This document shows positions 7,560 through 13,201 of a stretch of 13,201 nt of DNA, piece by piece. Position 1 is the stretch's first letter. Every line of letters begins with the position of its first letter. The notes beneath the pieces are model-generated. The model was not told the DNA's origin. It did not search any database and saw only the letters and a program-made list of their open reading frames with translations. A program made the position numbers and the translations under genes. Location of the stretch: contig NW_021826187.1 in the NCBI RefSeq assembly GCF_006345805.1, positions 1 to 13,201 on the forward strand. The letters run 5' to 3'. This DNA is from Octopus sinensis (taxonomy: Eukaryota).

Positions 7560-7682
7560 TTGCAATATTTCTTCCGGTTCCTTACGTTCTGAGTCCAAAT
7601 TCTACCAAAGTCAATTTTGCTTTCCATCCATCTTGGGAGGTGGTCACTAAAATAAGAAACCAGTGAAGAACAATGGTCAAAG
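7560..7682 (+). mobile_element. Degenerate SINE family B fragment
   Basis: TTACGTTCTGAGTCCAAATTCTACCAAAGTCAATTTTGCTTTCCATCC...AAAATAAGAAACCAGT. Confidence 0.65.
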
Positions 7683-7720
7683 TGCTGCTGGTCCAGTTCC
7701 TTAAAACAATTCGTCATCAT

Positions 7721-8003
7721 CGATGCCAGTGCCACCTGACTGGCACCTGTGGTGGTGGCACGTAAAACGTACCATTCAAGCGTGGCCAATGCCAGTGTTG
7801 CCTGACTGGCCTTCATGCTGGTGGCACATAAAATGCACACACTACACTCTCAGAGTGGTTGGCGTTTGGAAGGGCATCCGGATGTAGAAACCTTACCAAA
7901 TCAGATTGGAGCCTGGTGCAGCCTTTTGGCTTGCCAGTCCTTGATCAAAGTGTCCAGCCCATGTCAGCATGGAAAGCAGACGTTAAACAATGATAGTGAT
8001 GAT
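7721..8003 (+). mobile_element. Retroposon family C with two 66-bp tandem modules and tail
   Basis: GCCAGT...ACTGGC modules start at 7725 and 7791, followed by GAGTGGTTGGCGTTTGGAAGGGCATCC...CAGCATGGAAAGCAGACGTTAAAC. Confidence 0.88.
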
Positions 8004-8031
8004 GTATATATAGATAAATACATATATATAC

Positions 8032-8111
<80 letters not shown>

Positions 8112-8112
8112 A
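8004..8112. repeat. (TA)n/(TG)n microsatellite
   Basis: Direct inspection. Confidence 0.95.
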
Positions 8113-8114
8113 TT

Positions 8115-8318
8115 ATGATAGATCGTTAGCTCCTACATGCATTTTTTTCTCTCCTTGTTTCTCTCCTTGTTTTTTTCTGTGTATCTTTCTGTCAAAGAGC
8201 GTAGGCTCGAAACGTAAAAGACTTTTTCTATTTCTATTCCTGAGCGCTATACTAATACATTTGTTTGTTTGTACTCCACCTGCCTTCGTCTTTTGTTTAT
8301 TTTCGTAAACTTTCCCTT
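8115..8318 (+). mobile_element. Repeat family D (~200 bp, putative PLE-derived, hammerhead-like core)
   Basis: Homolog of 5038-5224 in the opposite orientation, with the same end points. Confidence 0.75.
8184..8221 (+). ncRNA. Degenerate minimal hammerhead-like motif (non-canonical core)
   Basis: TCTTT CTGTCAAA GAGC-GTAG-GCTC GAAA CGT A AAAGA: 5-bp stem I, 4-bp stem II, GAAA, ACGT palindrome, GUA triplet. Core has A6>U and G8>A. Confidence 0.5.
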
Positions 8319-8399
8319 TATATATATAGTAAATATATATGAAATTATTAGTAGCACATAAAAACATATATTGTGTCCTTTAAATGACTCTAGACTTAC

Positions 8400-8589
8400 T
8401 GCCCAGCCTTGTCTGGTAAAGTACTCATGGGATTGTCATTTTGTAGAATGGGAATTCACGGTACTTATGCGTGTATATATATTTAATCTAACTTCTGGAC
8501 TTATTTAATTGGAACTATCCAAGGAATGGTAATCAATTTACATGAGTAGAAGCCTTTTTTTTTCAACAATTTTTATCCTGGGAAATCAC
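8400..8589 (-). CDS. Candidate 5'UTR plus first coding exon (ATG at 8428: MSTLPDKAG + CA)
   Basis: Strong donor GTAAGT at 8399-8394. Possible acceptor AACAG at 8591/8590 with a pyrimidine tract at 8610-8640 (somewhat distant). In-frame upstream TGA before the ATG. Ends in phase 2, compatible with the exon at 262/268. Confidence 0.25.
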
Positions 8590-8654
8590 CTGTTAACTTT
8601 TGTTTACAAGTGAAAGAGAAGAGAAAGTGAAAGTGGAAGATGTTTGTGCATGAA

Positions 8655-8678
8655 TATGAAATGGACATGTGTGTATGT

Positions 8679-8731
<53 letters not shown>

Positions 8732-8805
8732 CCACTTACACATACATGAGAACATATGCTCACTCACTCACACACACACACACTCTCTCACACATGCACA
8801 CATAA
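8655..8805. repeat. (GA)n and (CA)n microsatellites
   Basis: Direct inspection. Confidence 0.9.
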
Positions 8806-8835
8806 AAGATGTACACATATGTATTGATATATATA

Positions 8836-9244
8836 GGCGCAGGAGTGGCTGTGTGGTAAGTAGCTTGCTAACCAACCACATGGTTCCGGGTTCAGTCCCA
8901 CTGCGTGGCATCTTGGGCAAGTGTCTTTTACTATAGCCTTGGGCCGAATAAAGCCTTGTGAGTGGATTTGGTAGACGGAAACTGAAAGAAGCCTGTCGTA
9001 TATATGTATATATATATATGTGTGTGTGTGTTTGTGTGTCTGTGTTTGTCCCCCTAGCATTGCTTGACAACTGATGTTGGTGTGTTTACGTCCCCGTAAC
9101 TTAGTGTTTCAGCAAAAGAGACCGATAGAATAAGTACTGGGCATACAAAGAATAAGTCCCGGGGTCAATTTGTTCGACTAAAAGGCGGTGCTCCAGCATG
9201 GCCGCAGTCAAATGACTGAAACAAGTAAAAGAGTAAAGAGTATA
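8836..9244 (+). mobile_element. SINE family A, full-length (tRNA head, internal TA/TG microsatellite, tail AAAAGAGTAAAGAGT)
   Basis: Head GGCGCAGGAGTGGCTGTGTGGTAAG...GGGTTCAGTCCC (A/B-box-like), then CTTGGGCAAGTGTC. Homologs at 4445, 10318, 11509 and 2263. Confidence 0.93.
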
Positions 9245-9267
9245 CCTGACGACACACCCCTTTACTC

Positions 9268-9295
9268 ACTCTGTCTGTCTGTCTGTCTGTCTCTC

Positions 9296-9329
<34 letters not shown>

Positions 9330-9378
9330 TCTCTCTTTCTCTCTGTCTCTCTCTTTTTTTCTCTCTCTCTCTCTTTCA
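9268..9378. repeat. (CT)n/(GTCT)n microsatellite
   Basis: Direct inspection. Confidence 0.95.
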
Positions 9379-9529
9379 TACACGTCCATTTCATAAATTA
9401 AGATAAAATATACAATTTCTGAGATATTTCAGTTACAGACTAACATCCCTAGAGTTTTAGTATTATCAAGATTTATCTCTCACCAGCTGGAGTACTTTTT
9501 TGCTGATCTTACCATCACAAAACAGTACA

Positions 9530-9562
9530 TTATATATATGTGTGTAATATATATATAAATAC

Positions 9563-9635
<73 letters not shown>
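9530..9635. repeat. (TA)n microsatellite at the 3' end of the family E SINE
   Basis: Direct inspection. Confidence 0.95.
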
Positions 9636-9638
<3 letters not shown>

Positions 9639-9946
9639 CGTAATCACCATGACCGACCAGGCTATCAGATGTTGCTGCACATCGCTGGTCACAATGCGCT
9701 TTGCATTGCTTTAGCTCCAAATGATGCCACCCCGCTGGCTAAGCGAGCAGGCCAACAGAAGAAAGAGTGAGAGAAAGTTGTGGCGAAAGAGTACAGCAGG
9801 GATCGCCACCATCCCCTGCTGGAGCCTCGTGGAGCTTTTAGGCATTTTCGCTCAATAAACACTCACAACGCCCAGTCTGGGAATCGAAACCGCGATCCTA
9901 CGACCACGAGTCTGCTGCCCTAATCACGGGGCCATTGCGCCTCCAC
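9634..9946 (-). mobile_element. tRNA-derived SINE family E, apparently full-length
   Basis: Reverse-complement head GTGGAGGCGCAATGGCCCCGTGATTAGGGCAGCAGACTCGTGGTCGTAGGATCGCGGTTTCGATTCCCAG has A/B-box-like motifs and ends in GGTGATA(TA)n. Confidence 0.8.
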
Positions 9947-9962
9947 ACATATATATATAAAA

Positions 9963-10256
9963 GGAACACTCCATTGGTTACGATGACAAGGGTCCCAGCT
10001 AATACGATTAATGGAACAGCCTGCTCGTGAGATTAACGTGTACCCTTAATGTAGTTCTCGGGGAAATTCAGCGTGACACAGGGTGTAACTAGGCTGGCCC
10101 CATTTGAATTACAGGTACAACTCACTATGCTAGCTGAATGGACTGGGGCAATGTGAAATAAAGGGTCTTGCCCAAGGACACAATGCATCGCTGGGAATTG
10201 AACTCACGACCTCAAGATCATGAGCTGAATGCCCCTAACCACTAAGCCATGTACCT

Positions 10257-10260
<4 letters not shown>
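9963..10260 (-). mobile_element. tRNA-derived SINE family F
   Basis: Reverse-complement head TGGCTTAGTGGTTAGG (A box)...GAGTTCAATTCC (B box), followed by GTGTCCTTGGGCAAGAC, a motif shared with family A. Confidence 0.8.
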
Positions 10261-10317
<57 letters not shown>

Positions 10318-10478
10318 GGTGCCGGAGTGGCTGTGTGGTAAGAAGCTTGCTTACCAACCACATAGTTCTGTGTTCAGTTCCACTGCGTGGCACCTTGAGC
10401 AAGTGTCTTCTACTATAGCCCTAGGCTCACAAAGCCTTGAGAGTGAACTTGGTATATGGAAACTGAAAGAAATCCATC

Positions 10479-10521
<43 letters not shown>

Positions 10522-10522
10522 A

Positions 10523-10569
<47 letters not shown>

Positions 10570-10613
10570 CATATATACATATATATATATATAACATAAT
10601 ATATATAATATAC

Positions 10614-10666
<53 letters not shown>

Positions 10667-10678
10667 CATATATATATA

Positions 10679-10718
<40 letters not shown>

Positions 10719-10743
10719 TATATAATATATATATACATATACA

Positions 10744-10775
<32 letters not shown>

Positions 10776-10793
10776 CATATATATATATATAAC

Positions 10794-10827
<34 letters not shown>

Positions 10828-11056
10828 TTATATATATAATATATATATATATATAATATATATATATATACATATATTATATATATAGATAGATATATAT
10901 ATATAGATAGATAGACAGATAGATATAGATATATATGTATGTATTTGTGTGTCTAGGATTACAAAGAATAAGTCCCAATGTCGATTTGCTTGACTAAAAG
11001 GCAGTGCTCCAGCATGGCTGCAGTCAAATAACTGAAACAAGTAAAAGAATAAAAAT
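10318..11056 (+). mobile_element. SINE family A copy with internal microsatellite expanded to ~465 bp
   Basis: Head 10318-10480 and tail ~10946-11056 align to 8836-9244. (TA/CA/GA)n at 10481-10945 occupies the position of the short internal microsatellite. Confidence 0.9.
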
Positions 11057-11455
11057 ATATATATATATGGACAGGAAGTATGAGATGTGACATGAGCTGG
11101 ATTTCTTTATTTGCATAAACTTCTGAATATACAAATGTGTTGTTTAATGCCATGCATGGATACTAATGGTAAAGATGTACACATAATTTACAGAAGATTA
11201 ATGCCACATGGGAAAGGTCATGAAACGGTTGCCATTTTATATACATTCACTTCTCACGCTTTCTAAAGCCATGGTTTTATATGCTGCTCACGTAATAATT
11301 TCATTAATCGAATCTTCTGGATATCTAGTTCCATGGATGCACTACATCATACTTCTTTGCATTTGGTTACTATGTGCATTGATAGCCGAGTCTGTACGTG
11401 GAGCTTTTTGTGGTAGCCGCACAATTCTGGGAATCCAAATCTTACACTACTCATT

Positions 11456-11497
<42 letters not shown>

Positions 11498-11508
11498 AAT
11501 ATATATAT

Positions 11509-11908
11509 ATTCTTTTACTTGTTTCAGTCATTTAACTGTAGCCATGCTGGAGCAGCACCTTTAATCGAACATATCAAACACAGGACTTATTCTTCGTAAG
11601 CCTAGAACTTATTCTATTGATCTCTTTTGCCAGACCGCGATGTTACGGGGATGTAAACACATCAACATCAATTGTTAAGCAATGGTAGGGGGACAAACAT
11701 AGACACAAAGACACTCACGTAAATATATATATATACATATATATATATGATGGGCTTCTTGCATTTTCTATCTACCAAATTCACTCACAAGGCTTTGGTC
11801 GGCTGAGTCTGTAGTAGAAGACATTTGTCCAAGGTGCCACGCAGTGGGACTGAACCCGAAACCATGTGGTTGGCAAGCAAGCTTCTTACCACACAGTCAT
11901 GCCTGTGC
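11509..11908 (-). mobile_element. SINE family A, full-length
   Basis: Reverse complement aligns end to end with 8836-9244. Confidence 0.92.
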
Positions 11909-11931
11909 TTTACGAGAAGATGGGTGACAGG

Positions 11932-12003
11932 GATTTTGAAGTTTTGTCCAGCTAACATTCATCAGATTGTCTGGCAAACCTAGCAGGCTAAAACTTCAAA
12001 GTC
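11932..12003 (+). other. 72-nt hairpin (23-bp imperfect stem, 26-nt loop)
   Basis: GATTTTGAAGTTTTGTCCAGCTA pairs with TAGCAGGCTAAAACTTCAAAGTC: 19 Watson-Crick pairs, 2 G:U, 2 mismatches. Confidence 0.6.
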
Positions 12004-12115
12004 ACTATCATCCTTCATCATGTAAAAGTCTAACAAACATGTAGTCTACAAAACCTATTGAGTGATTCTTCAGTTTAATGATAAACTACCTAACAAATAT
12101 ACATACACACACACA

Positions 12116-12333
12116 CGAGCGAGTGCTGTAAAGTTCTTGATTTTAAGGGTATCACAAAAGGCCTAAGTGGAGACCCAATCTTCTGAGTTCTTTTACAAGG
12201 CTTAGAAAAACTTAAGGGCCCCTGCAATAAGTGAGTCAATCTCAGAGAGGAATATGTTAAATAAAATCTTAATTAACTGAATCTCCTAGATATTCTTTCA
12301 GCCAAAGCAAGGAACATTTTTTGCACCCTGTTG
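12116..12333 (+). mobile_element. Short non-autonomous mariner derivative (MITE-like, 218 bp)
   Basis: Imperfect TIRs (CGAGCGAGTGCTGTAAAGTTCTTG versus reverse-strand CAACAGGGTGCAAAAAATGTTCCTTG), TA at 12334-12335, and an internal transposase C-terminal remnant LQGLEKLKGPCNK*VNLREEYVK* (consensus GIxKLxxRWxKCxxxxGxYVE). Confidence 0.75.
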
Positions 12334-12543
12334 TATAGTTGTAATAATGGTGTCAAACCAAAGAGCAATATTTTGAAAAATTTATTACATACATTTCAGA
12401 TTTGCATAGTATATATTAGGAAGTGCACCCATTACGTAATACCTTCCTCAGTTTAAGTATTTCAGTTTAGAGAAGTTTATTATATTTGACTCAGGTCAGA
12501 AATCTTGGTACCAGTGCCAGAAATAAGAAACGAGAAATATAAA

Positions 12544-12544
<1 letters not shown>

Positions 12545-12596
<52 letters not shown>

Positions 12597-12668
12597 ATAA
12601 TATATATAATATATATATATATATATATAATATATAGATATATATATATACACATACATACATACATA
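12545..12668. repeat. (TA)n microsatellite
   Basis: Direct inspection. Confidence 0.95.
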
Positions 12669-12925
12669 TCATCATCATCATCGTTTAACGTCCGCTTTCC
12701 ATGCTAGCATGGGTTGGATGATTTGACTGAAGACTGGCGAACCAGATGGCTGCACTAGGCTCCAACCTTGATCTGGCAGAGTTTCTATGGCTGGATGCCC
12801 TCCCTAACACCAACCACTCCGAGAGTGTAGTGGGTGCTTTTACGACATGAGGGCCAGTCAGGCTGTACTGGCAATGGTCACAAAAAGTGGGGTTTTTAAA
12901 AAAATTTTACGTGTCACCAGCACGT
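12669..12925 (-). mobile_element. Retroposon family C copy
   Basis: ATCATCATCGTTTAACGTCCGCTTTCCATGCTAGCATGGGTTGG...CCAACCACTCCGAGAGTGTAGTGGGTGCTTTTACG...TTTTACGTGTCACCAGCACG. Confidence 0.88.
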
Positions 12926-12934
12926 ATTATATTG

Positions 12935-12978
<44 letters not shown>

Positions 12979-12981
12979 ATA

Positions 12982-13042
<61 letters not shown>

Positions 13043-13052
13043 TATATATCAT

Positions 13053-13083
<31 letters not shown>

Positions 13084-13126
13084 TTATGTACATATATATG
13101 TATATATTATATATATATATATATAC
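12926..13126. repeat. (TA)n microsatellite
   Basis: Direct inspection. Confidence 0.95.
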
Positions 13127-13201
13127 TTTGTTGGTGAATAAGTATTGGTCCATCAATCCAAAGCGCAGGGAATTGGCAGGAATTGCCAAAATACCAGACA
13201 A

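Noticed and set aside
7451-8129. ORFs of 129 aa (minus) and 104 aa (plus) with normal-looking composition
   Set aside because: Both lie over family B and C retroposon copies and (TA)n; no recognisable protein motifs.
9880-10260. tRNA-like sequences as genuine tRNA genes
   Set aside because: They have A/B-box-like motifs but continue into SINE bodies, and I could not fold complete acceptor stems, so they are called SINE heads.
10413-10873. Poly-(Tyr-Ile) ORFs
   Set aside because: (TA)n translation artefact; the same applies to the other YI-repeat ORFs.
11208-11564. 118-aa hydrophobic ORF (MGKVMKRLPF...) resembling a small membrane protein
   Set aside because: Hydrophobicity is explained by AT/T-rich composition, it ends in a microsatellite and SINE tail, and I see no motif or splice support. 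Not strictly excluded without RNA data.

Overview
AT-rich eukaryotic window dominated by microsatellites and interspersed repeats. The repeat families resemble ones I recall from Octopus/coleoid cephalopods, but that assignment is from memory and was not searched. None of the ORF-track entries looks like a real gene: most are simple-repeat artefacts and the rest overlap repeats or have no recognisable product. Contents: (i) many copies of several SINE-like families, labelled A-G here for convenience; (ii) the C-terminal end of a LINE ORF2 on the minus strand (2372-2650); (iii) a decayed, internally deleted mariner (~2708-4258) with two nested insertions, whose removal restores transposase colinearity: a 120-bp TG...CA solo-LTR-like piece with a 5-bp TSD and a 501-bp head-to-head SINE pair with a 9-bp TSD; (iv) a 218-bp mariner derivative (12116-12333); (v) three minimal hammerhead-ribozyme-like motifs of the Penelope-like-element (PLE) type, one inside a tRNA-headed SINE (3899-3944) and two in a separate ~200-bp repeat with a non-canonical core (5126-5163, 8184-8221); (vi) two weak, phase-compatible candidate exons on the minus strand (8400-8589 and 163-262/268), suggesting much of the window is one repeat-filled intron. 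The best lead is the apparent Pol III (tRNA-head) SINE carrying a PLE-type hammerhead.
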